A stretch of DNA of 64,000 bases from Desulfobaccales bacterium (lineage in GTDB: Bacteria; Desulfobacterota; Desulfobaccia; Desulfobaccales; 0-14-0-80-60-11). The translations under genes were made by a program, and so were the position numbers. The notes under the pieces were generated by a model. That model was given only the letters and a program-made list of their open reading frames with translations. It was not told where the DNA came from and did no database searches. Where the stretch lies: positions 23,643 to 87,642 of the forward strand of contig JBAVAG010000013.1 of the NCBI GenBank assembly GCA_049585595.1, read 5' to 3'. Shown here in pieces: positions 1 through 10,086 of this stretch (position 1 is its first letter; the number at the start of each line of letters is the position of its first letter).

Positions 1-4
1 GGAC

Positions 5-3000
5 ATGAAGCAGGTCGTAATTGAAAACCCCGTCATCAATTCCCCCTTTGATGAACCCCAGCGCCACTTCCGCTTCACCAATGAAGGCATCACCAATGAG
101 ATCGTCCCCGAGCGCCGGGTAAGCTCCTATTTCATCCCCATCGCCAGACCGAAAAAAAAGGGGAAACAGGCTTACCTCCCGGACACGGAATGGACCCAAG
201 AGCGCATCGAGGAGAACAAGGAAATCAACCGTATCCGCTCCAAGGTAGCCATGTGGCGGCAGGGTGGCTACCTGGGAACCACCAAGACCACCGCCCGCTT
301 GCTAGAATACTGGCAACGCCCCGACCGGGAAAAGAAGCTCTTTTTTTGTCAGATTGAGGCCCTGGAAACGGCCATCTACCTCACCGAGGTGGCGAAAAAA
401 TTTAATGACGCCTGGATTGATAACTTTATCCGTGAAAAAAACGAAAGAGCCAACCCCGGCCTTTTCCGCACGGCCTTCAAGATGGCCACCGGCAGCGGCA
501 AGACCGTGGTCATGGCCATGCTCATCGCCTGGCACACCCTTAACAAGCTGGCCAGCACCCAGGACCCCCGATATACTGACACTTTCCTGGTGGTTACCCC
601 CGGCATCACCATCCGGGACCGGCTCCGGGTGCTCCTTCCCAACCTGCCGGACAACTACTATAATAAATGGGACCTCATCCCCCTGGACCTGCAAGCCGAA
701 TTACTCAAGGCCAAAATCCTCGTAACCAACTTCCATGCCTTTTTACCCAGGGAGAAGGTGGCCGCCGGGAAGCTGACCAAGACCATCCTGGCCCAGGGGG
801 AGGTCAGCCCCTTCACCGAGACCCCCGGCGAGATGGTGCGCCGGGTCTGCCGGGAGTTGGGCACCAAGAAGAATATCATCGTCATCAACGACGAAGCCCA
901 CCACTGTTATCGCCGCAAACCGGACGGCCTGGAAGAAAAACTCACCGGCGACGAGCGCAAAGAAGCCGGAAAGCGGGAAGAAGCCGCCCGTATCTGGATT
1001 TCTGGCTTGGAGGCGGTCCAGGCCAAGCTCGGCGTCAAAGTGATTTTTGATCTTTCCGCCACCCCCTTCTTTTTGAGAGGGTCCGGCTATCCCGAAGGCA
1101 CCCTCTTTCCCTGGGTAGTCTCCGATTTCTCCCTCATAGACGCCATTGAGAGCGGCATCGTCAAGGTGCCCAGGGTGCCCGTGGCGGACGACTCCATGGT
1201 GGGCGACCAACCTACTTACCGGGACCTATGGCTGCGCATCCGGGAGCACCTGCCCAGGAAGGGGCGCAAGACCCAGGACGAGAGCGGTGAGCATAAGCTC
1301 CCCGCTCAATTGGAAACGGCAATCCATAGTCTTTATGGCAATTATGAGGCATATTACCGGCAATGGGAGCAAAACACCGAGGCTCAAGCCAAGGGCCTGA
1401 CTCCGCCGGTCTTCATCGTGGTCTGCAACAACACCAATGTCTCCAAGCTGGTCTTTGATTACATCGCCGGATGGGAAAAATCGCTTCCCGGCGGTGATTC
1501 CGTGCCGGTGCCCGGCGCTTTGGCCATTTTCAGCAATGAAGAAAATGGCGCCTGGCGCATCCAGCCCAATGCCATCTTGATTGATAGCCAGCAGTTGGAT
1601 TCCGGCGAGGCCATGAGCGACGAGTTCAAGAAGTTGGCCGCCCGAGAGATTGAGGAATTTAAAGCCGAATACCGGATGCGCTTCCCCGGTCGCAACGTGG
1701 AGCAGATCACCGATGAAGATCTGCTCCGTGAAGTGATGAACACCATCGGCAAGCCCGGCAAGCTGGGGGAGCAGGTTAAGTGCGTGGTCTCCGTCTCCAT
1801 GCTCACTGAAGGCTGGGACGCCAACACCGTCACCCACATCCTGGGGGTCCGGGCCTTCGGCACCCAACTTTTATGCGAGCAGGTGGTGGGGCGGGGTCTG
1901 CGCCGCATGAGCTATGTCACCGAGGCCCGCTCCCTCACGGTCAACGGCCAGCAGGTCGCCTTTAACGGCTTCCCCGTGGAATATGCCGAAGTTTATGGCG
2001 TGCCCTTCTCCTTTATCCCTTGTGCCGGGACTGGCGATGGGCCCAACCCCGGCCCCATCCCCACCAGGGTGCGGGCGCTCCCGGAGCGCATTGCCTTGGA
2101 AATTACCTTTCCCCGCCTCATCGGCTATCGCTATGATCTGGCCGGAGAGGTGCTCACTGCCAAATTTACCGATGACTCGAAATACATCCTCTCCACTGCC
2201 GACATTCCCATCAAAACGGAAAATGCCCCGATTGTTGGCGAGACCAGCATCCACACCCTGGACGATCTCAAACGCCGCCGGAAGCAGGAGGTGGTCTTTC
2301 TCCTGGCTAAACTGGTATTGGAGAAATATTTCCGGGACGACGAAAACCAGATCAAGCCCTGGCTCTTCCCCCAACTCCTGAACCTGACCCGACGCTGGTT
2401 AGGTGAATGCGTCATCCTCAAGGACAACACCTTTCCGCAACTGCTATTGCTCCTGGAATTCGCCCACAACGCCGCCGAGCTCATCTATCAGTCCATTGTG
2501 ACCTCCACTAGTGGGCAAAAGACCCTCAAGCCCATATTGCGGCCTTACGATACCGTGGGGTCCACCCGCTATGTGGATTTCGACACCACCCGGTCTGTCT
2601 ATGCGACCGATCCGGAAAAGTGCCAACTCAACTATGTGGTGGCTGATACTGAATCCTGGGAGCAGAAAATGGCCCAATCCCTGGAAGATATGGAGGAAGT
2701 CCTCTGCTACGTCAAGAATCAAAACCTGGGATTTGCCATTCCCTACACCATCGACGGCGATGAGAAGAATTACTACCCGGATTTCCTGGTCCGGGTGGAG
2801 CACGGAGAAGAACCTCTTAACCTGATCATCGAAGTCACCGGCGAGAAAATGAAAGAAAAACCCGCCAAGGTGGCCACGGCCAAGACCTTATGGGTGCCCG
2901 CAGTCAACAACCATGGCGGTTATGGCCAATGGGCCTTCCTGGAGATTTCTGACCCCTGGGATGCGAAAAACCTTATTAGGGCCTTCCTATCCAATATCGG

Positions 3001-3019
3001 TTCTAAGGCTAAGTCATGA
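5..3019 (+). CDS. Type III-like restriction enzyme Res subunit (SF2 DEAH helicase with C-terminal PD-(D/E)xK-like nuclease region)
   Basis: 1004-aa ORF. Walker A KMATGSGKT, DEAH box VINDEAHHC, helicase motif VI QVVGRGLRR. C-terminal YYPDF...IIEVTGEK resembles a PD-ExK nuclease core. A DNA methyltransferase gene follows 69 bp downstream. Confidence 0.85.
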   Translation: MKQVVIENPVINSPFDEPQRHFRFTNEGITNEIVPERRVSSYFIPIARPKKKGKQAYLPDTEWTQERIEENKEINRIRSKVAMWRQGGYLGTTKTTARLLEYWQRPDREKKLFFCQIEALETAIYLTEVAKKFNDAWIDNFIREKNERANPGLFRTAFKMATGSGKTVVMAMLIAWHTLNKLASTQDPRYTDTFLVVTPGITIRDRLRVLLPNLPDNYYNKWDLIPLDLQAELLKAKILVTNFHAFLPREKVAAGKLTKTILAQGEVSPFTETPGEMVRRVCRELGTKKNIIVINDEAHHCYRRKPDGLEEKLTGDERKEAGKREEAARIWISGLEAVQAKLGVKVIFDLSATPFFLRGSGYPEGTLFPWVVSDFSLIDAIESGIVKVPRVPVADDSMVGDQPTYRDLWLRIREHLPRKGRKTQDESGEHKLPAQLETAIHSLYGNYEAYYRQWEQNTEAQAKGLTPPVFIVVCNNTNVSKLVFDYIAGWEKSLPGGDSVPVPGALAIFSNEENGAWRIQPNAILIDSQQLDSGEAMSDEFKKLAAREIEEFKAEYRMRFPGRNVEQITDEDLLREVMNTIGKPGKLGEQVKCVVSVSMLTEGWDANTVTHILGVRAFGTQLLCEQVVGRGLRRMSYVTEARSLTVNGQQVAFNGFPVEYAEVYGVPFSFIPCAGTGDGPNPGPIPTRVRALPERIALEITFPRLIGYRYDLAGEVLTAKFTDDSKYILSTADIPIKTENAPIVGETSIHTLDDLKRRRKQEVVFLLAKLVLEKYFRDDENQIKPWLFPQLLNLTRRWLGECVILKDNTFPQLLLLLEFAHNAAELIYQSIVTSTSGQKTLKPILRPYDTVGSTRYVDFDTTRSVYATDPEKCQLNYVVADTESWEQKMAQSLEDMEEVLCYVKNQNLGFAIPYTIDGDEKNYYPDFLVRVEHGEEPLNLIIEVTGEKMKEKPAKVATAKTLWVPAVNNHGGYGQWAFLEISDPWDAKNLIRAFLSNIGSKAKS

Positions 3020-3087
3020 AAGCAAAATTTCCAGTTGGAGATTTAGTGCAATGCCTCAGCGATCCTAAAAAACCATAGGGGAATTCC

Positions 3088-5865
3088 ATGGCCGGGAAAA
3101 AAGGCGACACCCCCACCCCCATCTTCGATTTCAAGTATAAGGACAAGCGCCGCAACATCCCCACCTATGAATTGCGGGATTTTGCCGCCGACCAGGAAAA
3201 AGCCCCCAAGGACATCCTCTATCCCCGAGACCCCTCCTTGGACCCGCAACTGGTCTGGAAGGGCAAGGATGAGCAGGATCGGGAAGACCTGGCTGTGCCC
3301 GCCGTGCCAATTTACATCCAGGAAAAGATTCTCCCCAAGGCCATCATCGAGGAGGTGCGGGCGCAGGCCCGGAAGGATAAGCCCGAACCCCAGGCGTCCC
3401 TCTTTGCCGATTTCAACGGTATCGCCTTTGAAGACCTGGTGGACTTCTACCGCCACGAGCAGAATTGGAGCAACCGCCTGATCCTGGGGGACTCCCTGCT
3501 GGTGATGACTTCCCTGGCCGAAAAGGAGGGCCTTAAAGGCCAGGTGCAGATGATCTACATAGACCCGCCCTACGGCATCAAGTTTGCCTCCAATTGGCAG
3601 GTCTCGACACGCAAGAGGGAGGTGAAGGATGGCAAGCTGGAAGACCTTACCCGCCAGCCTGAGCAAATCCGGGCTTACCGGGACACCTGGAAGCTGGGCA
3701 TCCATTCCTACCTAACCTATCTGCGGGACCGTCTGGTGGTGGGCAGGGAATTGCTCACCGAGACCGGCAGCATCTTTGTGCAGATCGGCGACGAGAATGT
3801 GCATTTGGTGCGATGTTTGATGGATGAAGTTCTTGGAAGTGAAAACTTTATTGCTCTTATAACTTTTGTAAAAACGGCAAGCCAAACAGCAGAGTTACTT
3901 CCAGAAATAAAAGACAATTTACTCTGGTATTCAAAAAACATCGAAAATGTGAAGTTTAATCGCATTTATTTGTCAAAAGAAATGCTTGGAGGAGGTAAGG
4001 AAGCATATCATTTTATTGAGATATCAGAAGGCGTTAGAAGAAATATGACCAAGGATGAGAAAGAAAAAGGAGGATTAGATGAGTCTGTCGTTAAGGTTTT
4101 TAGAGCTGACAATCTTACTTCTCAAAGCGGAGGTGCAACTACAAAGTATGAGGTTTCTTTTGAGGGAAAACCTTATAATTCTGGACCTGGGTTTTGGAAA
4201 ACAAATGATATAGGTATGGGGAGACTTATTTATACAAACCGCTTAATACCGATTGGAAAAACTCTCTCCTATGTCAGATATCTAAATGATTTTTCTGTAT
4301 TTCCAATTTCCAATAGTTGGTCGGATACTGTTATAGCAGGCTATGGAGACCCTAAAATTTATGCAGTTCAAACTAATACGAAAGTAGTTGAGCGCTGCCT
4401 CCTCATGACCACCGACCCCGGCGACCTGGTGCTGGACCCCACCTGTGGCAGCGGCACCACCGCCTATGTGGCGGAGAAGTGGGGGAGGCGCTGGATTACC
4501 ATAGACACCAGCCGGGTAGCTCTGGCCCTGGCCCGCACCCGCCTCATGGCCGCCAAGTATCCTTATTACCTCCTGGCCGACTCCCCGGAAGGCATCAAGA
4601 AGGAAGGGGAACTTACCGGCCAGGTCTCCCCACCCTACCCGACCGAGGGGGAAATTAAAAAAGGGTTCGTTTACAAGCGGGTCCCCCACATCACCCTCAA
4701 GTCCATCGCCAACAACGAGGAAATCGATGCTATCTATGCTAAGTGGCAGGAGAAGCTAGAAGCCCTGCGCCAGGAATTGAACCGAACTCTAAACCACACC
4801 TGGGAAGAGTGGCAAATTCCCCGTGAGCCGGAAGACTCATGGCCCCAGGCGACGAAAGACCTCCTGACCCAATGGTGGAGTTTGCGCCGGGAGCGCCAGC
4901 AGGAGATCGACGCCAGTATCGACCGCCACGCCGACACCGAACTCCTCTATAACCAGCCCTATGAGGATGGCAAACGCCTACGGGTCACGGGTCCCTTCAC
5001 CGTGGAAAGCCTCTCCCCTCACCGCGTCCTGGCCCCGGAGGTGGAACTCCCGGAATCGGAAGCCCAGGCGCAGCGGGAAGCCGACCTGGGCCAGTTTGAG
5101 ACCATGATCCTGGACAACCTGAAGAAGGCCGGGGTGCAGAACACCATCAAGAACGAGCGCCTAAAATTCGACCTCTTGGAGCCTTACGCCGGGGAATGGC
5201 TCCACGCCGCCGGGGAATACACCGAGGACGACGGCACGGTGCGCCGGGTGGCCTTATGTATCGGCCCGGAGCACGGTACTGTCGGCCCGGAACTGGTGAA
5301 GGAGGCGGCCAAGGAAGCGGTCAAGGGCATGGGCTTCGAGCTTCTCATCATCTGCGGCTTCGCCTTTGATCCCCACGTCTCCGAGGAAGCCAAACGCTTC
5401 GGCAAGCTCGCGGTGCTCCCCTGCCGCATGAATCCGGACCTGGCCATGGGCGACGAACTCTTGAAGAAGACCGGGGCGGGCAACCTCTTCATGGTCTTTG
5501 GCGAGCCGGACGTGGAAGTGCGGACACAGAAAGACGGCAAACTGGTGGTGGAGATCAAGGGCCTGGACATCTACGACCCCACCACCGGCCAGATTCGCTC
5601 AAGCTCCACCGACGACCTGGCCTGCTGGTTCATTGACACCAACTACAACGACGAGAGCTTTTTTGTGCGCCACGCCTACTTCACCGGGGCCGATCAACCC
5701 TATGACAAGCTCAAAAGGGCTCTCCGGGCCGACATCGATGAGGCCGCCTGGTCCGCCCTCTACTCCACCGTCAGCCGCCCCTTCCCCAAACCCACCACCG
5801 GTAAAATCGCCATCAAGGTCATCAATCACTACGGCGACGAAGTTCTGAAGGTCTTTGAAACGTAA
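3088..5865 (+). CDS. DNA methyltransferase, beta-class amino-MTase (Mod-like, N6-A or N4-C), with AT-rich central target-recognition segment
   Basis: 925-aa ORF. Motif IV IYIDPPYGIKF lies upstream of motif I LDPTCGSGTT, which is the beta-class order. GGAAT-rich RBS region precedes the ATG. Paired with the upstream Res helicase. Confidence 0.88.
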   Translation: MAGKKGDTPTPIFDFKYKDKRRNIPTYELRDFAADQEKAPKDILYPRDPSLDPQLVWKGKDEQDREDLAVPAVPIYIQEKILPKAIIEEVRAQARKDKPEPQASLFADFNGIAFEDLVDFYRHEQNWSNRLILGDSLLVMTSLAEKEGLKGQVQMIYIDPPYGIKFASNWQVSTRKREVKDGKLEDLTRQPEQIRAYRDTWKLGIHSYLTYLRDRLVVGRELLTETGSIFVQIGDENVHLVRCLMDEVLGSENFIALITFVKTASQTAELLPEIKDNLLWYSKNIENVKFNRIYLSKEMLGGGKEAYHFIEISEGVRRNMTKDEKEKGGLDESVVKVFRADNLTSQSGGATTKYEVSFEGKPYNSGPGFWKTNDIGMGRLIYTNRLIPIGKTLSYVRYLNDFSVFPISNSWSDTVIAGYGDPKIYAVQTNTKVVERCLLMTTDPGDLVLDPTCGSGTTAYVAEKWGRRWITIDTSRVALALARTRLMAAKYPYYLLADSPEGIKKEGELTGQVSPPYPTEGEIKKGFVYKRVPHITLKSIANNEEIDAIYAKWQEKLEALRQELNRTLNHTWEEWQIPREPEDSWPQATKDLLTQWWSLRRERQQEIDASIDRHADTELLYNQPYEDGKRLRVTGPFTVESLSPHRVLAPEVELPESEAQAQREADLGQFETMILDNLKKAGVQNTIKNERLKFDLLEPYAGEWLHAAGEYTEDDGTVRRVALCIGPEHGTVGPELVKEAAKEAVKGMGFELLIICGFAFDPHVSEEAKRFGKLAVLPCRMNPDLAMGDELLKKTGAGNLFMVFGEPDVEVRTQKDGKLVVEIKGLDIYDPTTGQIRSSSTDDLACWFIDTNYNDESFFVRHAYFTGADQPYDKLKRALRADIDEAAWSALYSTVSRPFPKPTTGKIAIKVINHYGDEVLKVFET

Positions 5866-5939
5866 AAACACGTATCAGTCCTGCGGCCGCTGCTGGCCCG
5901 GGGCATCGTGCCTTTTTTCACTAAGGCGGCGCCAGCCCC

Positions 5940-5968
5940 TTGACAGCGATGGGCATAGACAATAAACT
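5940..5968 (+). promoter_or_regulatory. Candidate sigma70-type promoter for the aminotransferase-serA operon
   Basis: TTGACA (5940-5945), 17-nt spacer, TAAACT (5963-5968), about 65 nt upstream of the ATG at 6034. Confidence 0.35.
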
Positions 5969-6033
5969 TAAACATTCTACGTGATTCCCCAAGATTCCCT
6001 GGAAAAATAAACGATTAAGCTAAGGTGATCAAG

Positions 6034-7173
6034 ATGAAAATGTACCTGATGACTCCGGGCCCCACCCCGGTGGCCCCGGAAACCCAACTGGCCATGGCCC
6101 AACCCATCATTCATCATCGCGCCCCCCAGTTCATGGAGATCCTGGGCCAGGTGCGGGAAGATCTGAAATATCTGTTCCAGACGGAACAGGAAGTGCTGAT
6201 CTTTTGCGCCACCGGCACCGGCGCCATGGAGGGGGCGGTGGCCAATACCCTGAGCGCCGGCGACACTGCCCTGGTGGTGGACGGCGGCAAGTTTGGGGAA
6301 CGCTGGACCGAGCTGTGCGGTGTTTACGGGGTCACGGCGGAGCGCCTCGTGGTGGAATGGGGCCATGCGGTGGACCCCCAGAAGGTGGCCAAGATGCTGG
6401 ACGCCAACCCGGCCATCAAGGCGGTCCTGGTCCAGGCCAACGAAACTTCGACCGCGGTGGCCCACCCGGTTAAGGAACTGGCGGCAGTGACCAGGACCCG
6501 GCCGGGAACCATCCTGGTGGTGGACGCCATTTCAGCCCTGGGGGGCTATCCCTTGCCCATGGATGCCTGGGGCATCGACGTGTTGGTGGCCGGTTCGCAA
6601 AAAGCCATGATGTTGCCGCCGGGGTTGGCCTTTGCCGCTCTCAGCCCCAAGGCCTGGGAGTTGGTAAAGACCTCCACTCTCCCCAAATACTACTTCGATT
6701 TTACCAAGCAGCTCAAATCCCAGGCCAAGAACCAGACCCCCTATACCTCGCCGGTGTCTCTGATCATGGGGCTCAAGGAAGTGCTGGGGAAGATTCGCAC
6801 CATGGGGTTGGAGCGCATCTTCACCCACAACCGGCGGCTGTCCCTGGCCACCAAAGCGGCCATGCAGGCCATGGGGCTTAAGCTCTATTCCAAGGATAAC
6901 CCCTCGGACGTCCTCACCGCGGTGGAGTCTCCGGTGGACGGCCAGAAGGTGGTGGCCGAGCTGCGGAAAAAGGGGATTTGGATCGCCGGCGGGCAGGCCC
7001 AAGCCAAAGGCAAGATCTTCCGCATCGCCCACATGGGATATATAGACACGGTGGACCTGCTGGGCACCATCGGCGGCCTGGAGGAGGTCCTCAATGACTT
7101 GGGATTCCGGGTGGAGCCAGGTGTCGGGTTAAAGGCGGCTCAAGAGGTTTTGAGCAAGGAGGGAGCGGTATGA
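6034..7173 (+). CDS. Class V aminotransferase (alanine-glyoxylate/serine-pyruvate family); possibly the phosphoserine aminotransferase partner of serA
   Basis: ORF 6025-7173. N-terminus YLMTPGPTPV plus overall class-V pattern. AAGGTG sits 7 nt before the ATG at 6034 (alternative GTG at 6025). Stop overlaps the serA start (ATGA). Confidence 0.8.
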   Translation: MKMYLMTPGPTPVAPETQLAMAQPIIHHRAPQFMEILGQVREDLKYLFQTEQEVLIFCATGTGAMEGAVANTLSAGDTALVVDGGKFGERWTELCGVYGVTAERLVVEWGHAVDPQKVAKMLDANPAIKAVLVQANETSTAVAHPVKELAAVTRTRPGTILVVDAISALGGYPLPMDAWGIDVLVAGSQKAMMLPPGLAFAALSPKAWELVKTSTLPKYYFDFTKQLKSQAKNQTPYTSPVSLIMGLKEVLGKIRTMGLERIFTHNRRLSLATKAAMQAMGLKLYSKDNPSDVLTAVESPVDGQKVVAELRKKGIWIAGGQAQAKGKIFRIAHMGYIDTVDLLGTIGGLEEVLNDLGFRVEPGVGLKAAQEVLSKEGAV

Positions 7174-8753
7174 AGGTCCTGATCAGCGACAACTTGCATG
7201 CCGCAGGAATTGCGGTCCTTTCAGCCCAGCCCAACATCGAGGTGGTAAACCGGCCGGGCCTGGCGCCCGCGGAACTTAAGGAGGCCATCAAGGATGCCGA
7301 CGCCCTGGTGATCCGCAGCGGCACCAAGGTGACCGCAGAACTCATAGCCGCCGCCCCCCGGCTGAAGGTAGTGGGCCGGGCCGGCACGGGTCTCGACAAC
7401 GTAGACATCCCCGCCGCCAGCAAACGGGGCATCGTGGTGATGAACACCCCCGGGGGCAATACCATCACCACCGCGGAGCACGCCCTGTCGCTGATGATGG
7501 CCTTGGCCCGCAACATCCCCCAGGCGGCAAAATCGATGCGGGACGGCAAATGGGAGAAGAAGAAATTCCAGGGCACCGAACTCCTCAACAAGACCCTGGG
7601 AATTATCGGCTTGGGGCGCATCGGCTCCGTGGTGGCGGACCGGGCCTTGGGGCTGAAGATGCGGGTCCTGGCCTACGACCCCTTCATCACCAAGGAAGTT
7701 GGCGCCAATTTGGGGGTGGAACTGGTGGCCCTGGATGAGTTGATGGCCCGGGCCGACTTCATCACCCTGCATACCCCCAAGACCAAGGACACCGCCAGAC
7801 TCTTAAACCGGCAGGCCTTTAAAAAGATGAAGAACGGGGTGCGCGTCATCAACTGCGCCCGGGGTGGGCTCATTGACGAAGAGGCCTTGCTCGAGGCCCT
7901 GAAGGAAGGCAAGGTGGCTGGCGCGGCCCTGGATGTCTATGAAACGGAACCGCCGCCGCCGGATTTTCCATTGCGGGAAATGCCGCAGGTCATCTGCACT
8001 CCCCACCTGGGGGCCTCCACTGAAGAGGCCCAGGCCAACGTGGCGGTGGCCATCTGCGAACAGATCGTGGAACTGCTCCTGGACGGCACCATCAAAAACG
8101 CGGTGAACGCCCCCTCCGTGACCCAGGAGGCCCTGGTCAAATTGAAACCCTACCTGACCCTGGCCGAGGCCCTGGGCGCCTTCCAGGCGCAGATCAGCGA
8201 GGGGGCCATCTCCTCGGTGGCGGTCTCCTACGTCGGCGAGGTGGCCAAGCTGGAAACCAAGCCCCTGATGCATTCCGTGCTCAAGGGGTTGCTCTCCCCG
8301 GTGATGCACGACGAAGTGAATTACGTCAACGCTCCGGCCCTGGCCGAGGCCCGGGGTATTCACGTCAGCGAGGAGAAGGCGGCCTCCGCCGAAGATTTCT
8401 CCACCCTCATCCGATTGACGGTGCGGGCCAATAACGAAGAGAACACCGTGGCCGGCACTATTTTCGGAAAATATGAACCCCGCTTGGTGCGGATCAACAA
8501 GTTTCGCCTGGAGGCCTCCCCCGAGGGCCACATGCTGTTCATTTACAATACCGACCGCCCGGGGGTCATCGGCGCCATCGGCAGCACCATCGGCAAACAT
8601 AAGATCAATATTGCCCGGATGACCGTGGGCCAGGAGCGGGAGCGGGGCCAGAATATCATTCTGCTCACCACCGACACCCCGGTTACTCCGGAATGTCTTG
8701 AAGACGTGCGGGCCCTGGAGCACGTGGCCCAGGCCTTCCAGTTGGAGTTGTAG
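7170..8753 (+). CDS. serA: D-3-phosphoglycerate dehydrogenase (long form with C-terminal ACT domain)
   Basis: 527 aa. NAD-binding GIIGLGRIGS, catalytic region INCARGGLIDEEAL...TPHLGAST, and a C-terminal ACT-like region. Ends in TAG. Confidence 0.93.
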   Translation: MKVLISDNLHAAGIAVLSAQPNIEVVNRPGLAPAELKEAIKDADALVIRSGTKVTAELIAAAPRLKVVGRAGTGLDNVDIPAASKRGIVVMNTPGGNTITTAEHALSLMMALARNIPQAAKSMRDGKWEKKKFQGTELLNKTLGIIGLGRIGSVVADRALGLKMRVLAYDPFITKEVGANLGVELVALDELMARADFITLHTPKTKDTARLLNRQAFKKMKNGVRVINCARGGLIDEEALLEALKEGKVAGAALDVYETEPPPPDFPLREMPQVICTPHLGASTEEAQANVAVAICEQIVELLLDGTIKNAVNAPSVTQEALVKLKPYLTLAEALGAFQAQISEGAISSVAVSYVGEVAKLETKPLMHSVLKGLLSPVMHDEVNYVNAPALAEARGIHVSEEKAASAEDFSTLIRLTVRANNEENTVAGTIFGKYEPRLVRINKFRLEASPEGHMLFIYNTDRPGVIGAIGSTIGKHKINIARMTVGQERERGQNIILLTTDTPVTPECLEDVRALEHVAQAFQLEL

Positions 8754-8788
8754 CCGATCTTGGACAAGACGCTAGGGTGGAGGTGGCC

Positions 8789-9196
8789 ATGCCTGACTCC
8801 GAAGATAAGTCCGAAGATAAAGGTTATACCGTCAAGGATCGGCGTTTTCACCAGATGAGTGAGGAAGAGAAGGCCAAGGAGCAGGAGGCCAGAGGTTCTC
8901 AGGAGCAAGCCTTTCAAGAGGCGGCCCAAAAGGCTGCCGGCGGGGCCGCCGGGACGGAAGTCACTTTCGCCTCCCTGATCTTCTCTCTCAGTTCCACGGC
9001 CTTCATGCATCTGGGAGCCATTCCCGACCCCAACAGCGGTAAGCAGGAAAAGAACCTGCCCCTGGCCAAACAAGCCATTGACCTTCTGGGGGTGCTCCGG
9101 GAAAAGACCCGGAACAATCTGGACCAGGAGGAGGATAACCTGTTTGAACACCTTCTGTATGACCTGCGCATGGCATATATCAAGGAGGTGGGCTGA
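8789..9196 (+). CDS. DUF1844-like small acidic protein
   Basis: FASLIFSLSSTAFMHLG...LPLAKQAIDLLGVL...LLYDLRMAY matches my recollection of the DUF1844 family. GGAGG sits 5 nt before the ATG at 8789 (the ORF track starts at GTG 8777). Confidence 0.6.
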   Translation: MPDSEDKSEDKGYTVKDRRFHQMSEEEKAKEQEARGSQEQAFQEAAQKAAGGAAGTEVTFASLIFSLSSTAFMHLGAIPDPNSGKQEKNLPLAKQAIDLLGVLREKTRNNLDQEEDNLFEHLLYDLRMAYIKEVG

Positions 9197-9216
9197 TTAG
9201 GGGATCGGGGGGAGGG

Positions 9217-10086
9217 GTGCAACTGCACTGCCCGGCCAAGGTCAACCTCTATCTCCGGGTTTTGGGGCGGCGGACCGACGGCTACCACGAGTTGGTGACC
9301 GTGATGCAGCCGCTGAGTTTGGGGGACCGATTGACGGTCACCCCCGGGGGCGACACGTTGAGCTTCGTTTGTGACCACCCGGAGGTGCCCCAGGGGCCGG
9401 AGAACCTGGTGTGGCGGGCCGCCCAGGGGTTCCAGGAGGAGACCGGGATACGGGTGGCGGCGCACCTTAAGCTGGAAAAAAGGATTCCGGTGGCCGCGGG
9501 TCTGGGGGGCGGCTCCAGTGACGCGGCCGGCGCTTTGCAAGCCCTGAACCTCCTGTACGGCTCCCCCCTTAAAGGGCCGCGGCTGCACTCGCTGGCCTGC
9601 CGCCTGGGGGCTGACGTGCCGTTTTTCCTGGGGCGGGGGCCGGCGGTGGGCCGGGGCATCGGCACCGACCTCAACCCCTTGAGCTTGCCGCCTTATAACT
9701 ATGTGCTGGTCAATCCCGGCGTGGCCCTTTGCACCCGCTGGGTTTATGAAAACCTGGACCCGGCCCGATTGTCCGGGGCGCCGCTGCCCCCGTCCTGGGA
9801 CCCGGAGCATCCGGAGCGCTGGGTCGAGAACGACCTGGGCGAGGTGGCCGTCCGCCGCTTCCCGGAACTGGCCGAACTGCAGGCCCGGCTGAGGGAAGCG
9901 GGAGCTGTCACCCAATCCGTCTCCGGCAGCGGACCCACCGTCTTTGGGATCTTTGCCACCTGGGAGGCGGCCCGGGAAGCGGCCCGGGTCTTGCGCCGGT
10001 CGTTTCCGGCGTGGCTGGCCGCCACCCAGGGTCTCACCGGCCTGGAAACCGATAACGCCAGGGAGCGTCGTCTATGGATGACCTGA
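9217..10086 (+). CDS. ispE: 4-diphosphocytidyl-2-C-methyl-D-erythritol kinase
   Basis: 289 aa. N-terminal [21 protein letters not shown] and GHMP-kinase motif [17 protein letters not shown] start. Confidence 0.9.
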   Translation: MQLHCPAKVNLYLRVLGRRTDGYHELVTVMQPLSLGDRLTVTPGGDTLSFVCDHPEVPQGPENLVWRAAQGFQEETGIRVAAHLKLEKRIPVAAGLGGGSSDAAGALQALNLLYGSPLKGPRLHSLACRLGADVPFFLGRGPAVGRGIGTDLNPLSLPPYNYVLVNPGVALCTRWVYENLDPARLSGAPLPPSWDPEHPERWVENDLGEVAVRRFPELAELQARLREAGAVTQSVSGSGPTVFGIFATWEAAREAARVLRRSFPAWLAATQGLTGLETDNARERRLWMT

